Shown here piece after piece: positions 28,165-42,001 of a stretch of 64,000 nucleotides of DNA (position 1 is its first letter; the number at the start of each line of letters is the position of its first letter). The stretch is taken from NCBI GenBank assembly GCA_001873215.1, contig MNYS01000005.1:1367-65366 (forward strand), in the 5' to 3' direction. The DNA comes from Candidatus Levybacteria bacterium CG2_30_37_29. Lineage in GTDB: Bacteria > Patescibacteriota > Microgenomatia > Levybacterales > GWA1-39-11. Both the position numbers and the translations under genes were made by a program. The notes beneath the pieces were generated by a model that was given only the letters and a program-made list of their open reading frames with translations, had not been told where the DNA came from and did no database searches.

Positions 28165-29679
28165 ATGAAAACAGAAGATTTTATAAAGGAAATAGAAAAA
28201 AAATTATCCAGTATTAATATCTCACCGAAATCTGAGAATGTTGGAAATGTATTACGTATAAGTGATGGAATAATACATGCTTCCGGTCTTTCGCTTGCGG
28301 GATTTGGTGAAGAAGTAGAGTTTGAAGACGGAACACGCGGGCTGGTTTTCAATCTGGATGAAGATTATGTGTCAATTATTTTACTTTCTACATCAACAAA
28401 TATAGTAGAAGGTACAAAAGTTAAATCTACGGGCAAAATACTAGGGGTTGAAGTCTCAGATGCGTTAATCGGCAGAACAGTTGACCCTCTCCTATCTGCT
28501 CTTGACGGTAAACAATTAAAAATAAAAGGCAAAGTCTATCCTCTTGAAAAAATTGCTCCGGGCGTTATCATGCGACAACCGGTTAATACTCCAATAAAAA
28601 CAGGAATTAAGGCAATCGACAGCATGATTCCAATAGGACGCGGCCAAAGAGAGCTTATTATAGGAGACAGAAACACCGGCAAAACAGCGATTGCAATAGA
28701 TACAATTATAAATCAGAAGAGAAAAGATTTGGGCCTTAGAAGAGTAATTTGTATTTATTGTGCTATTGGCCAAAAAAGAGGAAATATCGCAAAAACAATT
28801 ACAAAGCTTGATGAAGAAGGTGCAATGGAATACACAATTGTAGTTGCAGCAAGCGCATCAGATGCGCCTGCTCTTCAATACCTTTCTCCTTTTACGGCAT
28901 GTTCTATTGCCGAATACTTTATGGATCGCGGAGAAGACGTTTTGATAATATTTGATGATCTTTCAAAGCATGCATGGGCTTATAGACAAATTTCTCTTCT
29001 TTTGAGACGTCCTGCAGGACGCGAAGCATATCCGGGGGATATTTTTTACCTACATTCAAGACTTCTTGAAAGAGCAGCACGTCTTTCATCAAAAAATGGA
29101 GGAGGATCCATAACAGCTCTTCCTATAATTGAAACGCAGGCAGGAGATAATTCTGCCTATATTCCTACAAATGTAATTTCAATAACAGACGGACAGATTT
29201 ATCTTGAAACAGACCTTTTTAACGCAGGAACACGTCCCGCAATTAACGCAGGCCTCTCTGTTTCAAGGGTTGGAGGTTCTGCACAAACAAAAAGCATGAA
29301 ACAAGTAGCAGGACCTTTGCGCCTAGAACTTGCACAATTTAGGGAACTTGCTGCTTTTGCGCAATTCGGTAGCGATCTTGACGATCAAACTCAAAAACGA
29401 ATTGAACGTGGCAAGCGCATTGCTGAAATATTAAAACAACCGCAATACACTCCTTTTTCAGAGGCAGAAGAAATACTTAATATTTATGCAGCAACAACCG
29501 GAGTTCTGGACGAATTACCGATTGAAAAAATAAGTACTTTTGAAAAAAAGGCATATGGTTATTTAAAAATAAAAAATAAAAAATTAGTTGAAAAAATAGG
29601 TACAGACGATAAATTGGATGAAAAAACGCTTTCAGAATTAACGACTGAATTAAAAGATTTTGCGAAAACCATTAAATAA
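28165..29679 (+). CDS. atpA: ATP synthase F1 alpha subunit
   Basis: [38 protein letters not shown]. Confidence 0.97.
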   Translation: MKTEDFIKEIEKKLSSINISPKSENVGNVLRISDGIIHASGLSLAGFGEEVEFEDGTRGLVFNLDEDYVSIILLSTSTNIVEGTKVKSTGKILGVEVSDALIGRTVDPLLSALDGKQLKIKGKVYPLEKIAPGVIMRQPVNTPIKTGIKAIDSMIPIGRGQRELIIGDRNTGKTAIAIDTIINQKRKDLGLRRVICIYCAIGQKRGNIAKTITKLDEEGAMEYTIVVAASASDAPALQYLSPFTACSIAEYFMDRGEDVLIIFDDLSKHAWAYRQISLLLRRPAGREAYPGDIFYLHSRLLERAARLSSKNGGGSITALPIIETQAGDNSAYIPTNVISITDGQIYLETDLFNAGTRPAINAGLSVSRVGGSAQTKSMKQVAGPLRLELAQFRELAAFAQFGSDLDDQTQKRIERGKRIAEILKQPQYTPFSEAEEILNIYAATTGVLDELPIEKISTFEKKAYGYLKIKNKKLVEKIGTDDKLDEKTLSELTTELKDFAKTIK

Positions 29680-29681
29680 CT

Positions 29682-32350
<2,669 letters not shown>

Positions 32351-32351
<1 letters not shown>

Positions 32352-33064
32352 TGATAAAATCACGTCTTACACGAAGAACTGAGAAGCAAACAAAAAGACA
32401 GCTTTATTTTTCTCTGGGAGGAATTGCAGCAACTCTTATTTTTCTTTCATTGTTTGGTCCAATGATTTTGACCTTTTTTGGAAGCATTATTGATTCTCTT
32501 CAGGGAAAAAATAAAAATCAAATAAATTACTTATCACTTGCGCCCTATCAAACTCCCACTCTTGATTCTCTTCCTCAAGCAACTCCTAGCGCATCAATTA
32601 CAATCACGGGCATGAGTCAATACACAGAAGGTCAAATTGAAGTTTTTTTAAACAACTCATCATATAAAGAAGCAGACGTAGACAACAATAACTTTGAAAT
32701 AGAAAATATAAGACTAGACGTTGGAGAAAACACAATTAAAATTAGATATAAAAAAGGAGACAAAACAAGCGATTTCTCCCAAGAACAAAAAATATTATTA
32801 ATAAAGGACGCACCAAAACTTGAAATTTCAAATCCCACAGACAACTCTACTTTTGGAAAAGCAGATCAGGATATAACTATAAGCGGACAAACAGATGCTG
32901 ACAACTCTGTTAAAGTAAATGAGTTTCGCGCAATAGTAGATACTTCAGGTAATTTTAGCTATACCCTGACCTTAAAAGAAGGTGAAAATAAAATTTCCGT
33001 TGAGGCACAAAACGAAGCTTTCAAAACTACCACAAAAACCATTACTGTCTTCTATAAACCGTAA
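32351..33064 (+). CDS. membrane-anchored protein with two Ig-like beta-sandwich domains
   Basis: N-terminal TM; ITITG...GENTIKI and PKLEISNP...ITISG...LKEGENKISVEA. Confidence 0.7.
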
Positions 33065-34238
33065 CTCCAACGAGAGTAAAAATCCAAATTGCAATAATTG
33101 GATAAAAAAGTATATTCTCAAAAAGCGATCCTACAAATATTCCAAACAAACAAGATATTGTTACAATACTTTCAGAACTTTTTTTTTGCGCAAAGACTAA
33201 GAAAGCTTCTTTGATAACAAAGAAAAGAAATGTCAAAAAAATAATAAATCCTATAAGTCCTGTTGTGGCAAGAACAACAAGATATGAATTAGGAACACCT
33301 GCTCCGGCGTGAGTTATTTCAAATCTTGTATCCAAAACTCCAAGTTTTCGTTGTGAATACCTTAACGAATTAAAACCAACTCCGTATATAGGTGATGATT
33401 CAAATACTTTTATGGCGGCTTTCATAGAACTTCCTCTTCCTATAATTGATGCGCTCCTAAAAGGATTCATGTTCTCAATACTAAAATCTTTAGGTATTAG
33501 AATGATTGAAAAAATCATGAGTACAATAATTAAAATTAATGTTTTGTAATTTCTTTTTAATATAAAAAAAGTAGAAATACTTACAACAAACATAATAATA
33601 CTGCTTCTTGAATATGTAAGAAAAAGGGAAACAATTGACAGAAAAAGAATTGCAACAACAATAGGTTTCTTTATGTTTTTTTGTACCAAGAAATGTAAAA
33701 TTGTAATTATTGTTAAAACAATTATTACGCCTGCAAAATTTGGGTCCAGGACAGTTGAAAAAAGTCTATATAAATGCTCATCCCACCCAAGATAATATAG
33801 ATTTTTAAGATTAGGATACAAAAAATATTGCACAAAGCCTAATGCAATAAATACAACACCCGATAAGCTTAACTTTAAAAGAATTCTATCTTTAAATTTT
33901 TTTGAAAGAATAGAAAGAGCGAAAATCAAATTTACATACATCAAAAAACGAAAATCGTATAAAAAGGACGTAGATAACTCTTGAAAATTCATCTTTGTAG
34001 GACTAACAATCAAAGAAAATATACCAAAAATAAAAAAAACTAAAAAAGAAACAAAGATATTTCTGGGATGCGGAATACTCTTTTTTTTAATAAAATAAAG
34101 TGTAGAAATCGTAAAAATGCAAAGCAGAATTAAGTCATGTGAATAGATAAAAATTTGACTTCCAAGGCCTATTCTGCCAATAACTCCAATTGGAAGAGAT
34201 ATTATAAAAAGTGTAAATAAAAATTCTAGTAATGCCAT
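33042..34238 (-). CDS. O-antigen ligase/Wzy_C family protein
   Basis: Multi-TM; RLFSTVLDPNFAG, LTYSRSS, PIYGVGFN, PNSYL...TGLIG. Confidence 0.85.
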   Translation of the reverse strand: MALLEFLFTLFIISLPIGVIGRIGLGSQIFIYSHDLILLCIFTISTLYFIKKKSIPHPRNIFVSFLVFFIFGIFSLIVSPTKMNFQELSTSFLYDFRFLMYVNLIFALSILSKKFKDRILLKLSLSGVVFIALGFVQYFLYPNLKNLYYLGWDEHLYRLFSTVLDPNFAGVIIVLTIITILHFLVQKNIKKPIVVAILFLSIVSLFLTYSRSSIIMFVVSISTFFILKRNYKTLILIIVLMIFSIILIPKDFSIENMNPFRSASIIGRGSSMKAAIKVFESSPIYGVGFNSLRYSQRKLGVLDTRFEITHAGAGVPNSYLVVLATTGLIGFIIFLTFLFFVIKEAFLVFAQKKSSESIVTISCLFGIFVGSLFENILFYPIIAIWIFTLVGVTVYRRQ

Positions 34239-35830
34239 TTTTTACCTCCTAGACTATATAAGATAACATTAGAAGTCTTATTTTCATAGATTTTCTTCCA
34301 AAAGAAAAAACGTGGATTAAGACTGGCGTTTTGAACAAGAACATAATTAAATTCATCTCCTTTTTTAACCCAAGTCTCATGAATAAAAGGAAAATCAACA
34401 TAATAAAGATTATGTGTTCCAAATATCAAAATCTTATCAGTTTTTTTTATGTTTTTTTTAAAATAACCGTCAGTGTCATAAAAATCTCCAAAAGAGAAAT
34501 TTAAGTTTTTGGAAAGAAAATAATCTTTTGTCTGAAATCCAAAAACATAAGGAACATATTTAACATTTGCAAAAAAACGATACCCTATTGAAATAACTGC
34601 TAAAAAAACGACCAACATAACAATAACTTTTGAATACATGTTTTTCTCAAACGGCCTTAATATTGCAAGTTGAAGTAGAGATATTACGGGAAGGTACGGA
34701 AGTATAAATCTACCCCCTCCTAAATGTGGAGTTATATACCAAATACAAAGTGACAAAACAGAATATACAAGAAACATTTTCTCATAACTTGAGAATTTTC
34801 GGAACGCAAATGGAATTAACGGGACGGTAATTAAAAAAATAGGAGAAATAGGATCTGCTGAAGCCATAAAGAGCAAGATGCAACTTTTAACGATCTCATG
34901 CGGATATAAATTAAGATTAGGAGCAAGGGGAAGAAGGGATGTAAATATTGGGAAAATAGGATTTCCTGTTGACCTAAAAGCAAAAATAAACCATGGTAAA
35001 AGAATAAACAAGCAAGATAAAATAAATAAGCAAAAATATATAACTGACTTTTTAAATGATATTTTTTGCTTGTAACAAATAAAAAATAAAAAAGTTATCA
35101 TAATAACCAAACTTCCAATAGCCAAAAGCTTTGCTGCAATCGCGAAGCCCAACATGATTCCCGACATCAAAACCCAAACTGAAGATTTTGTTTTGAAAAA
35201 ATTTAACATTGCCCAAAACGCCATAATTTCAAAAAATGTTCTCCCTAAATCTACAAAGGCAGTTATTGATTCCCATCCCACAACAAGACTTGAATAAAAA
35301 ATAATACATGCAAGAAGAGCATACGTATGAGAGTAAAACTTTCTTGAAATTTTGTATATTGCAAGAAGAACTGCTAGACCTAAAAAGAAATGGATCCCTT
35401 TTGCCAAAACCTCACTTCCGAGCGAAAGCGCACCTACATAAATCATTTCAATAAATTTTGGCATTGCGCTGTAATATAAAAGTCCACCGGGAATATATGT
35501 AACTTTTTCCAGTTCAAGATATACTTTCGGCAAACTAAGATGATACCAAAGAGAATCAAATGCTATCTCGGGTCCCAATACACCAATACTGTTTACTAAA
35601 ATCTGCGTGATTAAAAGTATTAACAAAAAGAGAAACAAATTATTTTTTATAACACACAAGCGACGAATACTTTTAAAAAAGGACAAAATATCACTTTTAA
35701 AGTATAGAATTAAAAATAAAAGAAAAGCTATTGTAAAAATATTAACCAGATTTTTTGAAAGAATACCCAAAAGACCAATAGAAAAAATAGAATACGAGTA
35801 AATTCCGATTATTAATGCTAGCCTAAACAT
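34226..35830 (-). CDS. GT-C (ArnT/PMT-like) membrane glycosyltransferase
   Basis: Multi-TM; FDSLWYHL, AFVDLG, GFAIAAK, TGNPIFP, RFILP. Confidence 0.75.
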   Translation of the reverse strand: MFRLALIIGIYSYSIFSIGLLGILSKNLVNIFTIAFLLFLILYFKSDILSFFKSIRRLCVIKNNLFLFLLILLITQILVNSIGVLGPEIAFDSLWYHLSLPKVYLELEKVTYIPGGLLYYSAMPKFIEMIYVGALSLGSEVLAKGIHFFLGLAVLLAIYKISRKFYSHTYALLACIIFYSSLVVGWESITAFVDLGRTFFEIMAFWAMLNFFKTKSSVWVLMSGIMLGFAIAAKLLAIGSLVIMITFLFFICYKQKISFKKSVIYFCLFILSCLFILLPWFIFAFRSTGNPIFPIFTSLLPLAPNLNLYPHEIVKSCILLFMASADPISPIFLITVPLIPFAFRKFSSYEKMFLVYSVLSLCIWYITPHLGGGRFILPYLPVISLLQLAILRPFEKNMYSKVIVMLVVFLAVISIGYRFFANVKYVPYVFGFQTKDYFLSKNLNFSFGDFYDTDGYFKKNIKKTDKILIFGTHNLYYVDFPFIHETWVKKGDEFNYVLVQNASLNPRFFFWKKIYENKTSNVILYSLGGKKWHY

Positions 35831-35842
35831 ATTTAATTCTTA

Positions 35843-35947
35843 CTAAGGAATAATTATTTTCGCTTTCGAAAGCAAAAAAAGAACATATTTTATTAAAATA
35901 AATACAGTCCAGACTAAAAAAATAAATTTTAAAAGTTTTTGTTGCAT
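35843..35947 (-). CDS. putative 34-aa single-TM small protein
   Basis: MQQKLLKFIFLVWTVFILIKYVLFLLSKAKIIIP; TATAAT 14 nt upstream; ends 12 nt before the next gene. Confidence 0.35.
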   Translation of the reverse strand: MQQKLLKFIFLVWTVFILIKYVLFLLSKAKIIIP

Positions 35948-36008
35948 AAAAATATATTTTAATTATATAACAAAACCAGTGTCTTATTGCCCTATACATG
36001 GTAAAATT

Positions 36009-38426
36009 ATGCAGAAACTACATATGAATACTGCGCTTAAGAAAATACTTTTAAAAGCTTTTAATTTTTTAATTGCACATAAAGAAATTTTTATTCTGTT
36101 ATTTTTGTCTTTAATCTTCTTTTACAAATTGCTTTTACGTCCGCAAGAAATGATTTATCCCGGAGGAGACATAAGAGCCGTTTATTCCTTCTGGAGAAGT
36201 TTTTTAGTGGATTCATTTTTTAAATTCCATAGTCTTCCGTTATGGAATCCTTATGCTTTTTCAGGAATGCCTTTTATGGGTGATCCTGAAGCTGGATTCT
36301 TTTATCCATTTACGCTTGTATTTTATATTATTCCTGTAAATCTTGCATTTGGATATCTTTTTATTGTAGATTTCTTTTTAATAGGGCTTTTTACTTTCTT
36401 ATTTTCAAGATTAATTAAACTTTCACGATTTTCTTCTCTTGTTTCCGCAACCTGCATGATGCTTGGAGGAACTTTTTCTTTATTTGTATATGAAGGTCAT
36501 TTATTTGTAGCAGACACAATAATATGGTTTGTTGCAATATTATTTTGTTTTGAATTAGCGCTTTCCAAAAAAAAACCGCTTTTGGGTTTATTGTCTGCTC
36601 TTCCCATCTCACTATCTCTTTTTTCTGGCCATATTCAACCACTTATTTTTTCTCTTCTTGCAACAGGAATTTATATTTTATTAAGAATACTATTTGAAAA
36701 AAACTTAAGAAAAGATTTTAAAACTATAGTCGCTTATTTAAGTATCCCGCTTATATCCCTAATAATAGGCATACTGCTCTCTTCTGTAACTGTTTTACCA
36801 AGCATTGAGCTTGCAAAATACTCAATTAGACAAAACGGTCTTTCGTTTAAATTTGCATCAGATTTTTCGCTCCCTCCAATACAACTTATTTCATTTTTTC
36901 TTCCTCATTTTTTTGGATCCCCAGTAAATAGCACTTATTGGGGAAAAGGAAATTTCTGGTCTCTTTGCGGATACATGGGAATAATACCAATTATTCTGGC
37001 AGGCTTCGGTATTTTTCTTTCCAAAAAAAAATTGGCGCTGATTTTTTTTGTGCTTGGTATTTTTGCACTCCTTTTTTCTTTTGGAAGCTATGGTCCGTTG
37101 TTTCCTTTATTTTATAAATTTTTCCCCGGATTTAATAATTTCCGCGTTCCTGCAAGATTTTTATTTGTTTATGGTTTTTCATTTTCAATTTTAGCAGGAT
37201 ACGGAATAAATTATATTTTTAGATCAAAAAAGCAAACAAAACTATTTGCTAAAAAATCGGGAAAAATAATTTTATCATACGGTACTATTGTTTTTATCTT
37301 TGCTTTTTATATGTATTTTAATACAAACGGCCTTTCACTCTTTGAAAAAATAATATTAAAAAATAGCTATGCTCAAGGTATTGACCACAAAATAATATAC
37401 TACTTAATTAATACTGACGTTTTTTACTTATCATTCTTCTTAATTTCATTCGGGTCTATTCTATATTTATTTTCAAAAAAGATTATTTCAAACAATCTTT
37501 CTAAAATTTTAATCTTTGTAATCATCATAGCCGATCTTCTAATTTTCGGCACTGCTTTCTATACGACGAAAAATCCCAGAGACGTTTTCAAGTATTCCAA
37601 TGAAATAGCTTTTATTAAAAATGACCCAAGTAAATTTAGAGTTTTTGATCTTTCGGGACAAAAAATAACATTTCTTAACAGTCAAAAACTTGAAAGCGCA
37701 ACAGGAATAAACCCGGTATTTTTAAAAGATTACCAAAACTTTTTGTGGCTTGCTGGAGATCATCTTGAAAATCCTTATGAGAATTTTTTTGATTTTTACA
37801 ATATTAAGAATACTCTTGTATTAAAACTTTTGAATATAAAGTATGTTATTTCAAAAAATCATCTTTCTGTAAGCGGTTTATCTCAAATTTATCATAATGA
37901 GTTTTTTGTTTATAAGGTTGATGACAGTCTTCCAAGAGCCTATGTTGTTCCTTATGCACGTAGATTATCAAATCAAAAAGATGTTTTAACCTTTATTAAT
38001 AATAAAGCATTTTCTCCAAAGGAAGAAGTAATTATAACTGATATTATTCCTTTTAAAAAAACCTCTTTGACAACTTTTGAAAAAGCAACGATAACAAAAT
38101 ACGAACCGAATAAAATTGTTGTTTATACTAAAATTCCAGATGTGGGATATCTTGTTTTAAGCGAAATTTGGTATCCGGGGTGGAAAGCTTATGATAATGG
38201 AAAAGAAGTAAAGATACTTAAAGGAAATGGAATTATAAGAGTTGTTCCGATTGAAAAAGGTCAACACATAATAACATTTATATATTCTCCTGATCTATTT
38301 AAAATTGGAGCAATTATCTCAAGTTTCTCTTTTATTATTTTTATAGGAATAATTCTTGTAATGCTTAAAAAGCTAAACTACGGTAATTTTTGGAAGAGGA
38401 AAAATAAAATGTCCTCCCTTTTTTAA
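36009..38426 (+). CDS. YfhO family membrane protein (GT-C)
   Basis: PLWNPYAFSGMPF, FRVPARF, LPRAY, LVLSEIWYPGWKA; start at 36009 or 36024. Confidence 0.85.
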   Translation: MQKLHMNTALKKILLKAFNFLIAHKEIFILLFLSLIFFYKLLLRPQEMIYPGGDIRAVYSFWRSFLVDSFFKFHSLPLWNPYAFSGMPFMGDPEAGFFYPFTLVFYIIPVNLAFGYLFIVDFFLIGLFTFLFSRLIKLSRFSSLVSATCMMLGGTFSLFVYEGHLFVADTIIWFVAILFCFELALSKKKPLLGLLSALPISLSLFSGHIQPLIFSLLATGIYILLRILFEKNLRKDFKTIVAYLSIPLISLIIGILLSSVTVLPSIELAKYSIRQNGLSFKFASDFSLPPIQLISFFLPHFFGSPVNSTYWGKGNFWSLCGYMGIIPIILAGFGIFLSKKKLALIFFVLGIFALLFSFGSYGPLFPLFYKFFPGFNNFRVPARFLFVYGFSFSILAGYGINYIFRSKKQTKLFAKKSGKIILSYGTIVFIFAFYMYFNTNGLSLFEKIILKNSYAQGIDHKIIYYLINTDVFYLSFFLISFGSILYLFSKKIISNNLSKILIFVIIIADLLIFGTAFYTTKNPRDVFKYSNEIAFIKNDPSKFRVFDLSGQKITFLNSQKLESATGINPVFLKDYQNFLWLAGDHLENPYENFFDFYNIKNTLVLKLLNIKYVISKNHLSVSGLSQIYHNEFFVYKVDDSLPRAYVVPYARRLSNQKDVLTFINNKAFSPKEEVIITDIIPFKKTSLTTFEKATITKYEPNKIVVYTKIPDVGYLVLSEIWYPGWKAYDNGKEVKILKGNGIIRVVPIEKGQHIITFIYSPDLFKIGAIISSFSFIIFIGIILVMLKKLNYGNFWKRKNKMSSLF

Positions 38427-39632
38427 ATACTCCTTCTCTCGCTTTAAAAACTCTTTTTTGAAAAACCATGGAAGCACAAGCATATAATCTGGTTTGTCTT
38501 GTCGAGCTTTTTCTTCAGTAATAATAGGTATTCTTACAGAAGCAATTTTTTTACCCCACTTCTCCGGATTTCTCTCAACAGCTGCAAAAATTACTTTATT
38601 GTTAAATTTACATGACTGAATCAAAGTATTTCCTCTAGTTGATGCTCCATATAAATATATTTTATTACCTTCTTTTGCTTTTTGATAAATAAAATCATGT
38701 AGCTGACTTATTATCTTATCAACTCTGCTGGCAAAATCTCTATACGTTTTGAGGCTTGAAAGCATAAGTTTTTTCTCTTTTTCTTTCATTTTTTTAACAC
38801 GACTGCTTACTTTATTTTTATTATTATCTTTGAATCTTATATATGTTCTAAAGCTTCCTCCGTTAATTGGCGTTTCTTCAACGTCAAAAACGTACATATT
38901 GTGCATTGCCAAAAGGTATTCAATAGATGCAAGAGAATAATATTCCAGATGTTCATGAAGTATATTGTCAAATGCGTTTTGCAAAAGCATTCCTGGTAAA
39001 TAATTCTGTTGAATAATAAGTATCCCGTTTTTATCAAGTATCCTTGTTATATCTTTTAAGAAATTATTTGGTGAATCTATATCATAAAACATTGAAATTG
39101 CCGTCACGATTTTTGCTTTTTTCTCTCTTATAGATTTTGGGAGTTTTTGAAAAGCTGAATAACTAAAATAATCGTTAATTGAATAAGAGCAAAACTTTTC
39201 TGAAGCTTTTGCAAATTTTTTTACAGGTTCAAAACCAACAGTTACGCCTTTTTTATAATTTGAAAGAAGAGTTCCATCGTTAGAACCTACATCCACAACA
39301 AGATCATCTTTTTTTAAAAACTTTTTTTTCAAAGCCTTTTTTACAATCTCGGCAAGTTCTTTTTTCATTGTGTCGTTTATTCCAGACCTATATCCATACC
39401 TTTCGGTATATAAATATGCGGGAGGGGTAGTATGTGCAAGCTGAACCAAAGAACATTTTTTACAAATTACAAGTTCCAAGGGATATTTTTTTATTTTTGG
39501 GTTTCCTTTTACAAAATCCGATAGATATTGGTTACCAAGAGAAAGAATAAAGACAAGTTCTTTTGAATAACAAACACGGCACTCAAATATTTTTTTAAAC
39601 GACTTTTTAATTTTACTTTTTACTGTAATCAT
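38373..39632 (-). CDS. NDP-sugar C-methyltransferase (Zn-binding N-terminus)
   Basis: CRVC...CKKC, DVGSNDGTLL, HEHLEYYSL, NGGSFR, YGASTRG, VLPWFF. Confidence 0.88.
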   Translation of the reverse strand: MITVKSKIKKSFKKIFECRVCYSKELVFILSLGNQYLSDFVKGNPKIKKYPLELVICKKCSLVQLAHTTPPAYLYTERYGYRSGINDTMKKELAEIVKKALKKKFLKKDDLVVDVGSNDGTLLSNYKKGVTVGFEPVKKFAKASEKFCSYSINDYFSYSAFQKLPKSIREKKAKIVTAISMFYDIDSPNNFLKDITRILDKNGILIIQQNYLPGMLLQNAFDNILHEHLEYYSLASIEYLLAMHNMYVFDVEETPINGGSFRTYIRFKDNNKNKVSSRVKKMKEKEKKLMLSSLKTYRDFASRVDKIISQLHDFIYQKAKEGNKIYLYGASTRGNTLIQSCKFNNKVIFAAVERNPEKWGKKIASVRIPIITEEKARQDKPDYMLVLPWFFKKEFLKREKEYLKKGGHFIFPLPKITVV

Positions 39633-39687
39633 AGTCTTTTCTTGAGTTTGAGTATACACAAATTTTGCATAAACATAAAGAGATTAA

Positions 39688-41259
39688 TTATTTATGCTTA
39701 TACACGGTTATTACTTTTGCACCGTCTGCTAAAACATCATATATGGGAAAATAGTTTTGCGTAACATTTTTGCTATCAAATTTTTCTCTAATAATATTAA
39801 AGTAACCAACCATAACATAATCATATTTATTTTTATCATTATATTCCGTTATTAAAAGAGAGGTTACAGGAGGAATCGAGGTCAGTGGCATAACCGCAGC
39901 GCCTACAGTTGAATTTTTTGGCGCATTTTTTTTTAAATATGTCGTTGCTTCTTTTATTCCTTCTCCCCACCATCCTAAATGAAATAATTTTTTCTCGTAC
40001 ACTCCTTTTGAACCACCAACAACTATATTAAAGTAATCAATATAATAAGGTGATATCCTTACCAATACGACTAAAAGATATATAAAAAAAATTACCACAA
40101 CCAGTATTCTTTTCTTCTGATTTTTTATAAGTGATAAAAGAAAATCCATTCCTATTGCTGCAATTATTGAAAATGGTGCATAAATTTCTATAATATACCT
40201 TATGCCTTGTTGTCTAAAATTGTAAAAAGATTGTATAAATGGCAAACAGAACCAAAAAATAACAGAATATATAATCCATCTTTTACTCTTAAAAGATTTA
40301 CTTCCCAATAAATAAGATAGCTTCTTTGCTCCTATAAAAAATAAAAGCAATGTTATAAACGGTGTTGTTATAAGAAAGAAGATAAAATAATATATTTTAG
40401 GCACAAACATTAATCTGCCAAAAAACACCTCAGGAACTGAATGTGCTGTTTGCGCAAAACGCAACTGTGTATTTGATTCAATGAATTGAGACAAATGAAA
40501 AAAAGGCATTGGCCAAAAAATAAAAAATACAATAAAAGAAATGACTATTATTAATAGTGTTTGAGAAAATATAGTCATGTTTGTACTCTTTGATTTATTA
40601 TTCCCAAATTTTACCCAAACTATAAGTATTGAAAACATTAAAGGAATAAGCAATATGTTTGTGTATTTAGTTAGAAACGCCAAACCTAATATCACTCCTG
40701 TAACGGTGGTATGAAATTTATTTGGTTTTTCAATAAATAATAAAAAAGAATAAACCGTAGCAGTAAATGTAAATACAAGAACACTTTCTATGGTCGCAAG
40801 CTGACTCATTCCCAAAAAAATAGGAAGAGTAGAAAGTATTATCCCGGAAAAGAAACCAATAAATAAACCAAAATATTTTTTTGCTATAAGAAAAACGAGT
40901 AAACAGCTAAGAGCTGAAAATAAAACTGAAACGAGTCTTACGCTCATCCAATCATATTTAAATAACGGCTCTCTTTTAAGAAAAAACGGGGCTGGTGAAT
41001 TCTTGCTTTCAATATCAAAATGGGCAGCAATCCCATATAAATACTTTGTTAATGGAGGATGATACGGATGATCATAAAGGTACTTATTTTTAAAATCTCC
41101 ATTAATTATTAATTCTATAAAATTATATCCATCAATTGCTTGTGCCGGCTCATCCCATGTTCTACCTACATCATTTATTCTCCACATACCCAAAACAATG
41201 GAAATTATAAAAATAACTCCGGAAATAATAAATATCTTTATACTATTTTTTTTTATCAT
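39688..41259 (-). CDS. GT-C (GT39/PMT-like) membrane glycosyltransferase
   Basis: TWDE, HPPLTKY, RLVS, GLAFLTKY, RYI. Confidence 0.8.
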   Translation of the reverse strand: MIKKNSIKIFIISGVIFIISIVLGMWRINDVGRTWDEPAQAIDGYNFIELIINGDFKNKYLYDHPYHPPLTKYLYGIAAHFDIESKNSPAPFFLKREPLFKYDWMSVRLVSVLFSALSCLLVFLIAKKYFGLFIGFFSGIILSTLPIFLGMSQLATIESVLVFTFTATVYSFLLFIEKPNKFHTTVTGVILGLAFLTKYTNILLIPLMFSILIVWVKFGNNKSKSTNMTIFSQTLLIIVISFIVFFIFWPMPFFHLSQFIESNTQLRFAQTAHSVPEVFFGRLMFVPKIYYFIFFLITTPFITLLLFFIGAKKLSYLLGSKSFKSKRWIIYSVIFWFCLPFIQSFYNFRQQGIRYIIEIYAPFSIIAAIGMDFLLSLIKNQKKRILVVVIFFIYLLVVLVRISPYYIDYFNIVVGGSKGVYEKKLFHLGWWGEGIKEATTYLKKNAPKNSTVGAAVMPLTSIPPVTSLLITEYNDKNKYDYVMVGYFNIIREKFDSKNVTQNYFPIYDVLADGAKVITVYKHK

Positions 41260-42001
41260 ATAAATATAATTTGGAACGAGATAAGAAAGAATGAAACGAC
41301 ATTATTAATGCATACACCAGACCAGGTACACCGTCTAAAAAACCTAATTTTATAAAATAATTCAATGTAAATTTAGTAAACGGATAAAAAATTATGCTTA
41401 GAACATTTGATGAGTAGCGACTCTCGTGTAGCTCCCTTGCTCTTAAGTTACTGTATTCATTAATTTCTTTAATAAATTCTCTAACTGTCTGATGAGGACA
41501 GTGAATAATTTCATTTTCTAAAACACCTATTTTACCCTTTATGATCCATTTTTCGTGAACTTTTCCTTTCCACAATCCTCTACTTTTCATTCCCAACCTA
41601 ATAAGCTTAATGTTTCCTGCTTCTCCGTATTTAAGCTTTTTTTTCCATGCATAATCTAGTCGTTTTATATAATATCCGTTAGTATCAGTGTTATTTTCAA
41701 CAATTCTTAAAATTTCAGATAACAATTTTTCACTTACTGTTTCATCTGAATCAACAAACAAAACCCAATCATTTTCTGCTTTTTCCATTGCAAAATTTCT
41801 CTGTTTTGCAAAATTACAATTAAGACTTCTATAAAATATTTTTATTTTTTTATTTCTAAAACTTTTAATTCTTTTTATTGTGTCATCTGTGGAATCATCA
41901 TCAACTACAATTATTTCATCAAGCTTAATTAAACCCTTAATGCAATTCTTAATATTTTTTTCCTCGTTTTTTACCAAAATTACAGCTGAAATATTAGTCA
42001 T
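41243..42001 (-). CDS. GT2 glycosyltransferase (WaaE/KdtX-like)
   Basis: KNEEKNI, VDDDSTDDT, FAKQRNFA, VDSDE, VHE, GFLDGVPG. Confidence 0.9.
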   Translation of the reverse strand: MTNISAVILVKNEEKNIKNCIKGLIKLDEIIVVDDDSTDDTIKRIKSFRNKKIKIFYRSLNCNFAKQRNFAMEKAENDWVLFVDSDETVSEKLLSEILRIVENNTDTNGYYIKRLDYAWKKKLKYGEAGNIKLIRLGMKSRGLWKGKVHEKWIIKGKIGVLENEIIHCPHQTVREFIKEINEYSNLRARELHESRYSSNVLSIIFYPFTKFTLNYFIKLGFLDGVPGLVYALIMSFHSFLSRSKLYLYDKKK

